The position numbers and the translations under genes are program-made. From an uncultured Acidobacteriota bacterium (lineage in GTDB: Bacteria > Acidobacteriota > Vicinamibacteria > Vicinamibacterales > UBA2999): DNA of 64,000 nucleotides. The stretch's first letter is position 1. Each line of letters starts with the position of its first letter. Location: positions 571,025 through 635,024 of the forward strand of contig CAVYZF010000011.1 in the NCBI GenBank assembly GCA_963772955.1. Direction: 5' to 3'. The notes under the pieces are model-generated. The model saw nothing but the letters and a program-made list of their open reading frames with translations, was not told the origin of the DNA and ran no database searches. This document shows positions 40,623-50,022 of this stretch, one piece after another.

Positions 40623-41492
40623 CTACTCAGTTTTCTTCTTCAGATCGCCGTAGAGCAACTCTTCGGAGAATTCAACGCACTTGTATTCGAGCAACTGGGC
40701 GTTCTGCTCCATGCGGCGATAGAGCGGCATGCGGATCTGCCACGGCTTGGAGAACGTCTTGGCGTCTTCGATCGTGGCTTCGTAGTTGATGTGATTGTCA
40801 CCGGCCAGCGTGTAGCGCTCGGTGACCTTCAACGCATCGGAGTGATGGTTGCCGGCGCGATCGAACCAGGTCTGGTCGTTATTGCCCGTGACTTCGATCA
40901 CGAGCGTGTTGCCGTCCCACTTGCCGTTCGACCATCCCATCCAGCTGTCGACGGGCGCCTCTGACGGCTTGTCCATGTGGACGATGCGGTTCGAGCTCGC
41001 GTACTCGTAGACAAACAGGATGTCCTTCTGACCCTGGACGATCTGGAAGGGATACGGCATGTAGGTCGAGCGCGGGATGCCGCCCATGTAGCACTTGGCT
41101 TCCGGATCGGACTTCGGCCAGCCGGCCATGTTCTCCTGCCGCTTCTTTAAGCCAGCGGGAAGATACGGGATCGTGCCGCCGACGACCACGCTCTGACCTG
41201 CCGGAATCGCGAACATCGCACCCAGCTGCCAGAACGGCGCGTTCGCGGGCCCGGCCGCCGCCGCCGAGTGATCCTCGAGATTCCAGTGGGCGGAGCCAAT
41301 CGCCTGCCAGACACCATTGAAGTTCGGATGACCGGCAATCGTTGCCGGGCGCGCGGCTGCTCCGCGGCCCTGACCTGCGGCCGGCGCCGCTGGCGCATTT
41401 CCGCGGCCCTGCTGTGCCGTTGGCGCCACGGTCAGCGAAACTGCCGCCGCTAATGTCATCGCCACCACTGCGCCTGTGAACCGGTATCGCAT
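40623..41492 (-). CDS. secreted protein of unknown function (paralogue of 58238..59332)
   Basis: 289 aa with a signal peptide and a Gly/Ala/Pro-rich linker. Shares GxWxGxTLVxExT, VxERxT, NYExxIxDxKTFSKP and a C-terminal Y-x-C-x-E block with the 364-aa protein at 58 kb. Confidence 0.6.
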   Translation of the reverse strand: MRYRFTGAVVAMTLAAAVSLTVAPTAQQGRGNAPAAPAAGQGRGAAARPATIAGHPNFNGVWQAIGSAHWNLEDHSAAAAGPANAPFWQLGAMFAIPAGQSVVVGGTIPYLPAGLKKRQENMAGWPKSDPEAKCYMGGIPRSTYMPYPFQIVQGQKDILFVYEYASSNRIVHMDKPSEAPVDSWMGWSNGKWDGNTLVIEVTGNNDQTWFDRAGNHHSDALKVTERYTLAGDNHINYEATIEDAKTFSKPWQIRMPLYRRMEQNAQLLEYKCVEFSEELLYGDLKKKTE

Positions 41493-41612
41493 CTGCCAGG
41501 TCTCCTCTCCTCACGGGACAGACATCAAGGTCGTCCTCGCGGGTATTCGCCAGATATATGCCGAAATCGTGACTATTGGTGACGGAGCTTTACCAGAGTC
41601 AAAGATATTCTG

Positions 41613-42668
41613 TCAAGGAACCGCGAGCTCTCGTCGCGTCGTCGACGTCAACTCGGCGCGCACGATCGCGGCTCCCTCCGCCAGCGCGCGCATTTTACCC
41701 CGAGAGGCCTCCCTGCTGCGCGGAACCAACCCACAATCGGTGCAGGGAAACAACCGTTCCGGCGGCACATGCTGCAGCGCCCGCCGCAGCCGTCCCGCCA
41801 CGACATCGGCCGACTCCACCTCTTCGGTCCCGACATCGATGGCACCGAACATGACGTCCTTGCCGTCGAGCTCACGCAAAACGGCGAGATCGACGCCAGA
41901 CGCCGCGCACTCGATCGATACCTGGTTCACGGTGCTCCTGGCGAGCAGTGGAAACGTCATGCCGTAGTGCCCCCAGTCCGTATTCTTCGTCTTCCACGCT
42001 AATACGGTTGGAGTGCCGTATCCGTAACAGATGTGGACGGCGCGCGTCGCCGAGACGCCATCCATGCACGCCTCGAGCGCCTCGATGCCCCAGGACTCGA
42101 CCTCGTCGAGATAGATGTTGAAACAGGGCTCATCGAATTGAACGACGTCGGCCCCGGCCGCCGACAGATCCCGCGCCTCCGCGTTCAGAATCGCAGCGAA
42201 CGTCATCGCCAGCGTCTTCCGGTCGGTCCCGTAATGTTCGTCCGCGACGCTGTCCACGATCGTCATGGGGCCGGGCATCGTGACTTTCAGCCGCCGCGTC
42301 GTCGTCGCACGCGCGAACTGACAGGCCTCGAGCAACACCGGGCGCCTGCGCTCCACGGGTCCGACGATGCGAGCGACCTCTGTGGTCTCTGAGTAGCGGC
42401 CGCCACGTGAGCGGGCTCGCGCGAGGTTTTCCGTGTCGACACCGGTGAGGCCGTCGAGGAATCCCCAGATATAGTGCCGGCGGCGGACTTCCCCGTCCGT
42501 CACGATCGCGAGACCGGCCTGCTCCTGGTCGAGAATGGCGAGCCGCACAGCATCGTTCTGCGCGTCGGTGAGTTCGGATCCGTTGAGGCGCCACGGCGCC
42601 CTCAGCATATTGGGGGCGGCCAGCCATGATGGTTTCGGCAGGCTGCCAACGATCGAGGATTCGAGCAT
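41613..42668 (-). CDS. cobalamin-independent methionine synthase-like (MetE C-terminal domain family) methyltransferase
   Basis: 351 aa. Motifs GSLPKPSWL, IVTDGEVRRRHYIWGF, HICYGY and C-terminal CTDCGL (Zn ligands). Confidence 0.75.
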   Translation of the reverse strand: MLESSIVGSLPKPSWLAAPNMLRAPWRLNGSELTDAQNDAVRLAILDQEQAGLAIVTDGEVRRRHYIWGFLDGLTGVDTENLARARSRGGRYSETTEVARIVGPVERRRPVLLEACQFARATTTRRLKVTMPGPMTIVDSVADEHYGTDRKTLAMTFAAILNAEARDLSAAGADVVQFDEPCFNIYLDEVESWGIEALEACMDGVSATRAVHICYGYGTPTVLAWKTKNTDWGHYGMTFPLLARSTVNQVSIECAASGVDLAVLRELDGKDVMFGAIDVGTEEVESADVVAGRLRRALQHVPPERLFPCTDCGLVPRSREASRGKMRALAEGAAIVRAELTSTTRRELAVP

Positions 42669-42749
42669 GCGAAGTTTAATTATCCCTCAGCCATATGTGC
42701 TTCAGCCTGCGCACCCCGCACGCCTGCTATCTTTGGGAGCGGGGGCACT

Positions 42750-43013
42750 ATGGCGACCTGTGGCGACATTTCGCGAATTAAAGAAGTGAAACAACCGGCG
42801 AAGCGGGAGTGCTCGGAGTGCGTGAAGATCGCCTCTCGGTGGCTGCATCTGCGGACCTGCCAGACGTGCGGCGTGACGTTGTGCTGTGACTCGTCACCCA
42901 ACAAGCACGCATCGAAGCATGCACGCAGCAGCGGACATCCGGTGATTGCGTCCGCGGAGCCCGGCGAGCGGTGGCTGTATTGCTATCCCGATGACGCGTT
43001 CGCCGACTACTAA
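42750..43013 (+). CDS. stand-alone UBP-type zinc finger (ZnF-UBP) protein
   Basis: 87 aa. Cys/His pattern is [45 protein letters not shown]. Confidence 0.75.
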   Translation: MATCGDISRIKEVKQPAKRECSECVKIASRWLHLRTCQTCGVTLCCDSSPNKHASKHARSSGHPVIASAEPGERWLYCYPDDAFADY

Positions 43014-43306
43014 CCGCCGGCGATTGCGCCGACGACCATGAACGGCTCGGTCCCCTTCACGACGGCGTCGGGCAGCGGCGCGTCGGGCAACTCGTGGGAC
43101 AGATCCTCTTCGCACGCGAAGAAACGAAGGAACGGCCGGCGCTGCGCGGTGACGTGATCGCGAATCGTCCCGCGCAGTACCGGATACGCTTCCTCGAGCG
43201 CATCGAGCACGCTGCGCTGAGTGATCTGCCCTGACACTTCCAGCATGATCTCGCTATCGATGCGCGCGAGGTTCCTGAGATGCCAGGGCAGCGTCACTCT
43301 GATCAT
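43010..43306 (-). CDS. MoaD/ThiS-family ubiquitin-like beta-grasp protein ending in Gly-Gly
   Basis: 98 aa ([10 protein letters not shown]...[12 protein letters not shown]-stop). This is only the C-terminal part of the 378-aa ORF in the track. Its ATG overlaps the stop of the upstream propeller gene (ATGA, 43303-43306). Confidence 0.7.
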   Translation of the reverse strand: MIRVTLPWHLRNLARIDSEIMLEVSGQITQRSVLDALEEAYPVLRGTIRDHVTAQRRPFLRFFACEEDLSHELPDAPLPDAVVKGTEPFMVVGAIAGG

Positions 43307-44418
43307 TTCAGTGTCTGGACCTCGACCGACAACACGCCCGGCAGATCGCGCACGATTGACGTCCACGAGTCGCCGCCATCCTTCGACGCGTACACCTGTC
43401 CTCCAGTCGTGCCGAAGTACACGCCGCACGACTCCATCGAGTCCACGGCCATCGCATCGCGCAGCACGTTGACGTAACAGTCCTGCTGCGGCAATCCCTT
43501 CGTCAGCGCCTCCCACTCTTCTCCGCCGCTCTTGCTGCGGTAGACGCGCAGCTTGCCGTCGGGCGGATAGTGCTCCGAGTCGCTCTTGATCGGGACGACG
43601 TAGATCGTTTCGGGATCGTGCGCGTGCACGTCGACCACGAAGCCGAAGTCCGTCGGCAAATTGCCGCTGATCTCCCGCCACGATTCGCCAGCGTCGTCGG
43701 TGCGCATGACGTCCCAGTGCTTCTGCATGAAGAGCGTGCTGGGACGCGTCTTGTGCATGGCGATGCGGTGCACGCAGTGACCAACCTCCGCCGTCGGGTC
43801 CGGGATGTACTGCGATCGCAATCCCTGATTGATCGCCTTCCATGTCGCCCCGCCATCGTCGGTTCGAAACGCGCCAGCCGCCGAGATCGCGATGAACATG
43901 CGTCTCGAATTGGTTGGGTCGATCACGATCGTGTGAAGCCCCAGACCGCCAGCGCCAGGCGACCACGTCGATCCGGACCCGTGGCCGCGCAGGCCCGGCA
44001 TCTCCGCCCAGTTCTGACCCCCATCGGTCGTCTGAAAGAGCGCTGCGTCCTCGACGCCGGCGTAGACGTGGTCGGGATCGGTCAACGATGGCTCGAGGTG
44101 CCACACACGCTTGAACTCCCAGGGATGCGGTGTGCCGTCGTACCACTGATGCGTCCCTGGCACTCCGTCATAGACGAACTTGTTCCCCACCGGCTCCCAG
44201 GTTTTGCCGCCATCGCTCGAGCGCTGTATCAGTTGCCCAAACCAGCCGGTGCTCTGTGAGGCATACAGCCGACTCGGATCGGCCGGCGATCCCTTGAGGT
44301 GGTAGATTTCCCATCCGCCGAAGTGGGGTCCGTTCACCTCCCACTTCTCGCGCTTCCCATCCGATTCCAGCGTGAACGCGCCCTTACGCGTCCCGACGAG
44401 TACCCGCACTCCGCTCAT
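43303..44418 (-). CDS. BNR/Asp-box repeat beta-propeller protein (sialidase-fold, function unknown)
   Basis: 371 aa. Six Asp-box-like repeats ([48 protein letters not shown]). The ATG at 44418 is preceded by GGGGAGGAG, 6 nt upstream. Confidence 0.8.
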   Translation of the reverse strand: MSGVRVLVGTRKGAFTLESDGKREKWEVNGPHFGGWEIYHLKGSPADPSRLYASQSTGWFGQLIQRSSDGGKTWEPVGNKFVYDGVPGTHQWYDGTPHPWEFKRVWHLEPSLTDPDHVYAGVEDAALFQTTDGGQNWAEMPGLRGHGSGSTWSPGAGGLGLHTIVIDPTNSRRMFIAISAAGAFRTDDGGATWKAINQGLRSQYIPDPTAEVGHCVHRIAMHKTRPSTLFMQKHWDVMRTDDAGESWREISGNLPTDFGFVVDVHAHDPETIYVVPIKSDSEHYPPDGKLRVYRSKSGGEEWEALTKGLPQQDCYVNVLRDAMAVDSMESCGVYFGTTGGQVYASKDGGDSWTSIVRDLPGVLSVEVQTLK

Positions 44419-44477
44419 GCCGACTCCTCCCCTCACTGCCTTAGACCCTGAGGGCCGGACGAATTCATCGGTCCTCT

Positions 44478-46453
44478 CTATATCGTCGATCTGGCGGGCT
44501 CGAAGTCGACACCGGATTGCTCGCCATGAGATTCCATCTGGCGCCGGACCATCTCGTAGTACGTGCCGCGTGCTCTCATCAGTTCCTTATGCGTCCCGCG
44601 CTCGACGATTCGCCCTTCTTCCATCAAGAGGATGAGGTCGGCACGGCGGATGGTAGACAGCCTGTGCGCGATGACAAATGTCGTTCGTCCCGCAAGCAGT
44701 GTCGCCATGGACGCCTGGATCAGTTGCTCGCTCTCAGTGTCGAGGTTGCTCGTGGCCTCGTCCAGAATGAGGATTTGCGGCGATGCCAGGATGGCCCTGG
44801 CAATCGCCAAACGCTGTTGCTGACCGCCTGACAGCTTCACGCCGCGCTCGCCGACGAACGTCCCATATCGATCGGGCAGCCTGACGATGAACTCATGGGC
44901 ATTGGCGCGCCGGGCAGCGTCCTCGATTTCAGCGTCCGTCGCGTCGTGCCGTCCGTACGCGATGTTGTCGCGTACAGATCCATCGAACAGGAAGACGTCC
45001 TGCTGAACGAGCGCGAGCAGCGCACGATACGTGCGCAAACGGAAGTCGCGGATATCGGTGCCGTTCAGGACAATCCGGCCGCGAGTCGGATCGTGGAATC
45101 GCGCGACGAGATCGGTCACGGTCGTCTTCCCCGCTCCGCTTCGGCCTACGAGTGCGACGACTGAGCCTCCGGGAACGACCACGCTGAAGTCGTGGACGAC
45201 CGGGCGCCCTTCTCGGTACTCGAACTCGACGTTCTCGAAAGCGATCTCGTGCACTATCTGCGGCGCGTCGCGCGCACCGAGTCGATCGGGCTTGTCCTGG
45301 TCCATCCCCAGCACCTGGAACACACGCTCCATCGCGGCAAGCGATCGTTGGAGTTCGGAGAACGAGTTGACGATGTTCCAGACCGGGTTCAGCAACAGAA
45401 ACGTGTACCACTGGAACGCCATGATGTCGCCGACCGATGCGCGACCCACGACATTCAGGTAACCGCCGTACCACACGATCACCACGTTGATCGCGCCGAG
45501 CAGAAGGCCCCACGACATGTAGATGACCATCTCGCGACGCTGCGCGAACATCTCCTTGCGCAGCACGGTGTGGCGTCCGTGCATGTACTCGATCAACTCA
45601 CGCTTCTCACGACCGAACGCACGAACGACACGAATACCGGAGAACGTCTCGCCGACGCGGCCGTCGATCTCCTCGGCGTTCTTGCGCAGCAATCGATAGA
45701 TCGGCCGCACGCGGCGCGCCGACGCGAAGCTGATGAGGACGATGCCCGGAATGATCGCAAGCGCGGTCAGTGCGAGACGCCAGTTCAACGTCATCAGGAT
45801 GATGACTGCGATCACCAGACGCACGACGGAGATCGACGGTGACACCACCGCCATCTGCAGGAGGCCCGTCGTCGTATCCACATCGCCTGTGATGCGAGAC
45901 AAGATCCCGCCGGTCTTCATGTCCCAGAGTGGCGGCAGCGGCAGATGCAGCAGACGCTCGAAAAGCGAACGCCGCAGCGACAGCATGACTCGCGTGTTCA
46001 GCAGCCGCTGCCGGTAGTCTTTCAGCACGTTCACGAGCTGCGTGACGATGACGACGGCGACGAACAGACCGCCAGCGAGATGCAGCCGGCGGATTCGCTC
46101 GTCGACGTTGAGATCCACGTTGAGGAGCACACGGTCGATGATGAACCGCATGAAGAGCGGCTCGACCATCTGGAGGCCGGCGCCTACCAGTGCCAGCGCA
46201 AAGACCAGCGCGACGCCGTAGCGATGCGGCCACAGCCAGCGGAAGTACTCCGCAGGTACTCACGCCGCTGTCCCACCAGCCATGCAGACGCTTTTGAGGG
46301 CTGGCCGCTCTCACCGGCCGGCGTCGCCCCTGCCGCAGGCTTCAGCCCTTTGGCCGCGTCAACCTGATCGTCGAGCAGACCCTTCTGGTAGTCCTCAACG
46401 AAGCGCAGATAGCGCTGCTTCGAGGTACGGGCTCGTCCGTCTTGCGTCGTCAT
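44478..46453 (-). pseudogene. ABC exporter, fused permease/ATPase (MsbA-like), one frame break near 46250 (pseudogene or assembly indel)
   Basis: ORF 44478..46169 has six TM helices, Walker A GRSGAGKTT, LSGGQQQR and Walker B ILILDEATS. The missing first TM segment (YFRWLWPHRYGVALVFALALVGAGLQ) is open in-frame upstream without a start codon. ORF 46184..46453 (MTTQDG...GQRREYLR) joins it if one base is restored. Length equals 3n+2. Confidence 0.8.
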
Positions 46454-46527
46454 GGCGGGACCGGCGCTTCAGCATACCAAGCCCGGCGCCACACGACGCG
46501 AGCGTCCATCGATGTCAGAATGAGGAG

Positions 46528-47037
46528 GTGATTTCGTCTACGGGCTGCGCACGGACGTTCGTGATTCTGGCCAGCCTTGTCGCAGTGCCGCCAGGAGCGC
46601 TGGTCGCGCAGCAGGCGCCGTTTACGGTCTACGACCTTGCCGACTATCGGCTCACACAGCAGGTATTCGCGCAATTCGTGCAGGCGAGCGCGCGCATCGC
46701 GGACATCACCGAACACGACCCGGCATTCAGATACGCCCCGTTATTCACCAAAGACGTGGCGCTGTCTGGCGATGCCCCGGTCGTGGCGCAAGGCCTCGCC
46801 GCCCGGCTCGAGAATCACCCGGGCCTCGCGGCCGCAGTTGCTGACGCGAAGCTGACGCCACGCGAGTACGCCAAGTTCGCGATCTCGTTGGTCGCCGCTC
46901 ACCTGGCGCATGGTTTCGTCAAGGCCGGTGTTCTGCAACGGGTACCGGAAGGCGCTCCGACAATCAACGTCGACTTCGTGAAGACACATGAAGCCGATGT
47001 CACGACCGTCCTCGCGCAGCTCGGGGTGCAGGACTAA
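46528..47037 (+). CDS. hypothetical secreted protein
   Basis: Only the downstream 169 aa of ORF 46282..47037 look real. There is a signal-like segment (ARTFVILASLVAVPPGALVAQQ). The GTG start at 46528 is tentative. Confidence 0.45.
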   Translation: MISSTGCARTFVILASLVAVPPGALVAQQAPFTVYDLADYRLTQQVFAQFVQASARIADITEHDPAFRYAPLFTKDVALSGDAPVVAQGLAARLENHPGLAAAVADAKLTPREYAKFAISLVAAHLAHGFVKAGVLQRVPEGAPTINVDFVKTHEADVTTVLAQLGVQD

Positions 47038-47068
47038 AACGTCGGGATTCGGGATTCGCGCCTCGGGG

Positions 47069-48058
47069 TCAGCTTCGGACGTTCACGACAAAGCGGCCGC
47101 GCGCTTTTCCTGCCAGTAACGTGGCGAATGCGTCGGGGAGACCATCGAGCGAAATCTCCTTCGCGATCGCGGCCAGGTTGTTCGGCTTTATGTCGGTCGC
47201 GAGCCGTCGCCACACTTCGGTTCTGATCTCCATCGGACACGATACGGAATCGATCCCGATCAGCGAGACGCCGCGCAAGATAAACGGCATGACGGTCATG
47301 TGAACCTCGACGCCGCCCGTCAACCCAGTGCTGGCGATTCCGCCCCACGCATCGGTCGTGCGCGTCAGCCACGCGAGCATGTCTCCTCCGACCGCGTCGA
47401 TCGCACCGGCCCAGCGCGCCTTCTCGAGCGGGCGCGTTCCCATCTCGAGCGTACTCCTCGATAGCACCTCGCGCGCGCCCAACTGCTGGAGGTACTCCCG
47501 CGCATCCTCCTTGCCCGTAATCGCCGCGACGTCATAGCCCAGACGCGCGAGACCGGCGACGGCGATGCTGCCGACACCGCCCGTCGATCCGGTCACGACC
47601 ACTCTGCCGTTCTGCGGACGGAGCCCGTTCTGCTCGAGTCGCACAATCGACAGGCCTGCGGTGAAGCCCGCGGTGCCAAGCGCCATGGCCTCGAACGCCG
47701 TGAGACCGCGCGGGATCGGGACGACCCAGCTCGTGGGCACCCGCACGTAGCCCGCGTATCCGCCATCATTCGCCACGCCGAGGTCGTAACCCGTGACGAG
47801 AACCTCATCGCCTTCGCGGAATCGCCCATCGGCGCTCGACGCGACAACGCCGGCAACATCGATTCCACCAATGAGCGGAAACCGCCGGAGGATTTTGCCC
47901 GTTCCGGTCGCGGCCAGCGCGTCCTTGTAGTTGACGCTCGAGTGCGACGCCTTGATGAGCACATCGCCGGCGCTCAGTTCAGCCACGGTCGCATCGACGA
48001 CTGACCCGTGAATCTTGCCGTCTGCATTGAAGATGCGGAACGCGCGGAAGGTATCCAT
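47069..48058 (-). CDS. acuI: YhdH/YhfP-family NADPH:quinone/acrylyl-CoA reductase (MDR superfamily)
   Basis: 329 aa. FRAFRI...VLIKASHSSVNYKDALAATGTGKILRRFPLIGGIDVAG matches the YhdH/AcuI pattern. The gene symbol is by family resemblance only. Confidence 0.75.
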   Translation of the reverse strand: MDTFRAFRIFNADGKIHGSVVDATVAELSAGDVLIKASHSSVNYKDALAATGTGKILRRFPLIGGIDVAGVVASSADGRFREGDEVLVTGYDLGVANDGGYAGYVRVPTSWVVPIPRGLTAFEAMALGTAGFTAGLSIVRLEQNGLRPQNGRVVVTGSTGGVGSIAVAGLARLGYDVAAITGKEDAREYLQQLGAREVLSRSTLEMGTRPLEKARWAGAIDAVGGDMLAWLTRTTDAWGGIASTGLTGGVEVHMTVMPFILRGVSLIGIDSVSCPMEIRTEVWRRLATDIKPNNLAAIAKEISLDGLPDAFATLLAGKARGRFVVNVRS

Positions 48059-48114
48059 CCGTGCGATTGTAGCTGGGCCGACGTTATGATTCCCTTTTCC
48101 AACCGGGAGGTTCG

Positions 48115-50022
48115 GTGAGCATCGTCACGCCGCTCGTTCGACAGTGGATCGAAGATGGGCTCACCCACCCGGATGACTTCTGGGCTCGTGCCGCGCACGA
48201 GCTCCCCTGGTTTCGTCCGTGGGATCAGGTATTCGAGTGGAACTTCCCGACGTTTCGCTGGTTCGTCGGCGCGGAGACGAATCTCGCCTACAACGCGCTC
48301 GATCGACATGTCGCCAACGGGCGTGGTGATCACGCTGCTCTCATCTACATGAACGAGCGCGGCGAGCGCCGGCGCTTCACGTACCGCGAGCTCCTCAGGC
48401 TCGTCGAACAGATCGCTGCTGCGCTGCGCGGGCTCGGAATGCGCAAGGGCGATCGGCTGACGATCTACATGCCGACTTCTCCTGAGGCGATCGCCTTGAT
48501 GCTGGCCACCGTTCGCATCGGCGCGATCCACTCTGTCGTCTTTGCCGGCTTTGGCGCCAACGCACTCGGCGGGCGGATCAGCGCAAGCGGCTCACGGCTG
48601 GTCTTCGCTGGTGATGTCACCTATCGCAAAGGCAAAGAGGTCAATCTCAAGACCATCGTCGATGACGCGCTCGCGACGGCCGGTGAGAGCGTCGAACACA
48701 TCATCGTCCTGGAGCGAGGAACGCAGAGAGCTCCCCTGAACACGCCGCGAGATCTCTCGTGGGATGACTTCCTGAAGCGAGGCAACGGCCAGTCGAGCGC
48801 CCACGAGGTCATGGAGTCCAACGACGCGGCCTACATCCTCGCGACCTCAGGAACGACTGCGAAACCGAAGCTTGCGGTTCACACACACGGTGGCTATCAG
48901 GTCTACATCGCGAGTATGGGTCGATGGTGCTTCGGCTTGAAGCCGTCGGATGTGTGGTGGGCAACGTCGGATATCGGCTGGATCGTCGGCCACAGCTACA
49001 TGATTTACGCGCCGCTGATCGCCGGCTGCACGACAGTCGCGTTCGAGGGCGCGCTCGATCACCCGACGCCGGATGGCCATTGGCGAACGGCAGTCGAGGA
49101 ACTTGGCGTCACGGGGATCTTTACCTCACCGACCGCCGTTCGCCTGCTTCGACGCTACGGCGAACAGACGCTCACCGACATCGATCACAGCCGGCTCGAA
49201 CGTGTCGTGTGTGCCGGCGAAGTGCTCAATCCGCTTGCGTTGGAATGGCTGCAGAACACCGTCCTCGGTGGACGCGCACCGGTCATCGATCACATGTGGC
49301 AAACGGAAACGGGCGGCCCGGTGTTCGGCAACCCGTATGGCATCGAGCTCCTGCCCATCAAGGCGGGCTCGTCAGGTCCCCCGCTGCCTGGCATCGATGC
49401 CGCCATCGTCAACCTGGATGGCACGCCGTGTCGAGTGAACGAGAAAGGGATCATGGTGATCAAGCGCCCGTTCCCCGGGATGACGGCGCGGTTGTGGGGC
49501 GAGACCGAGCGCTACGGCATCGACTACTGGCAGAAGATCCCGGACGTCTATTACTCCGGCGATTCAGCCCACGTCGACGAAGACGGCTACTTCTGGTTTG
49601 CCGGCCGCGCCGACGAAGTGATCAAGATCGCCGCCCACCGTCTTGGAACGATCGAAGTCGAGAGCGCATTCCTCACGCACCCGTCGGTCGCGGAGTGCGG
49701 TGTGGTCGGTCGGCCCGATGAAACCCGCGGCGAGGTCATCACCGCATTCGTCCTCCTGAAGCATGGCCACACCGCGTCTGCGGATCTGCGCAAGGCGTTG
49801 CTCGACACGGTTCGGCGCGAGCTCGGCGCGGTGGCGGTCGTCGGCGAAATCAACTTCGTCGGGATGCTGCCGAAGACGCGCAGCGGCAAGATCATGCGCC
49901 GCGTGCTCAAGGCAGTGGTGCTCGATCGCGACCCGGGCGACATCACGACCATCGAGGACGAAGGGTCGGTTGAAGAGGCGCGCCTCGCCTGGGCCGAGCT
50001 TCGTCAGAGCATCGGCGATTGA
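48115..50022 (+). CDS. short-chain acyl-CoA synthetase (acetate/propionate-CoA ligase family)
   Basis: 635 aa. Motifs FWARAAHELPWF, YILATSGTTAKPK (AMP-binding motif), YYSGDSAHVDEDGYFWFAGRADEVIKIAAHRLGT and KTRSGKIMRR. Confidence 0.85.
   Translation: MSIVTPLVRQWIEDGLTHPDDFWARAAHELPWFRPWDQVFEWNFPTFRWFVGAETNLAYNALDRHVANGRGDHAALIYMNERGERRRFTYRELLRLVEQIAAALRGLGMRKGDRLTIYMPTSPEAIALMLATVRIGAIHSVVFAGFGANALGGRISASGSRLVFAGDVTYRKGKEVNLKTIVDDALATAGESVEHIIVLERGTQRAPLNTPRDLSWDDFLKRGNGQSSAHEVMESNDAAYILATSGTTAKPKLAVHTHGGYQVYIASMGRWCFGLKPSDVWWATSDIGWIVGHSYMIYAPLIAGCTTVAFEGALDHPTPDGHWRTAVEELGVTGIFTSPTAVRLLRRYGEQTLTDIDHSRLERVVCAGEVLNPLALEWLQNTVLGGRAPVIDHMWQTETGGPVFGNPYGIELLPIKAGSSGPPLPGIDAAIVNLDGTPCRVNEKGIMVIKRPFPGMTARLWGETERYGIDYWQKIPDVYYSGDSAHVDEDGYFWFAGRADEVIKIAAHRLGTIEVESAFLTHPSVAECGVVGRPDETRGEVITAFVLLKHGHTASADLRKALLDTVRRELGAVAVVGEINFVGMLPKTRSGKIMRRVLKAVVLDRDPGDITTIEDEGSVEEARLAWAELRQSIGD

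Noticed and set aside
42669-42749. Possible cobalamin or SAM riboswitch upstream of the MetE-like gene.
   Set aside because: The whole spacer to the divergent ZnF-UBP gene is only 81 nt, too short for those aptamers. No conserved B12-box-like element was seen.
43307-44146. The 378-aa ORF 43010..44146 read as a single protein.
   Set aside because: Its first 280 aa overlap the Asp-box propeller gene out of frame. Only the last 98 aa (from MIRVTLP) form a MoaD/ThiS-like protein with an ATGA junction.
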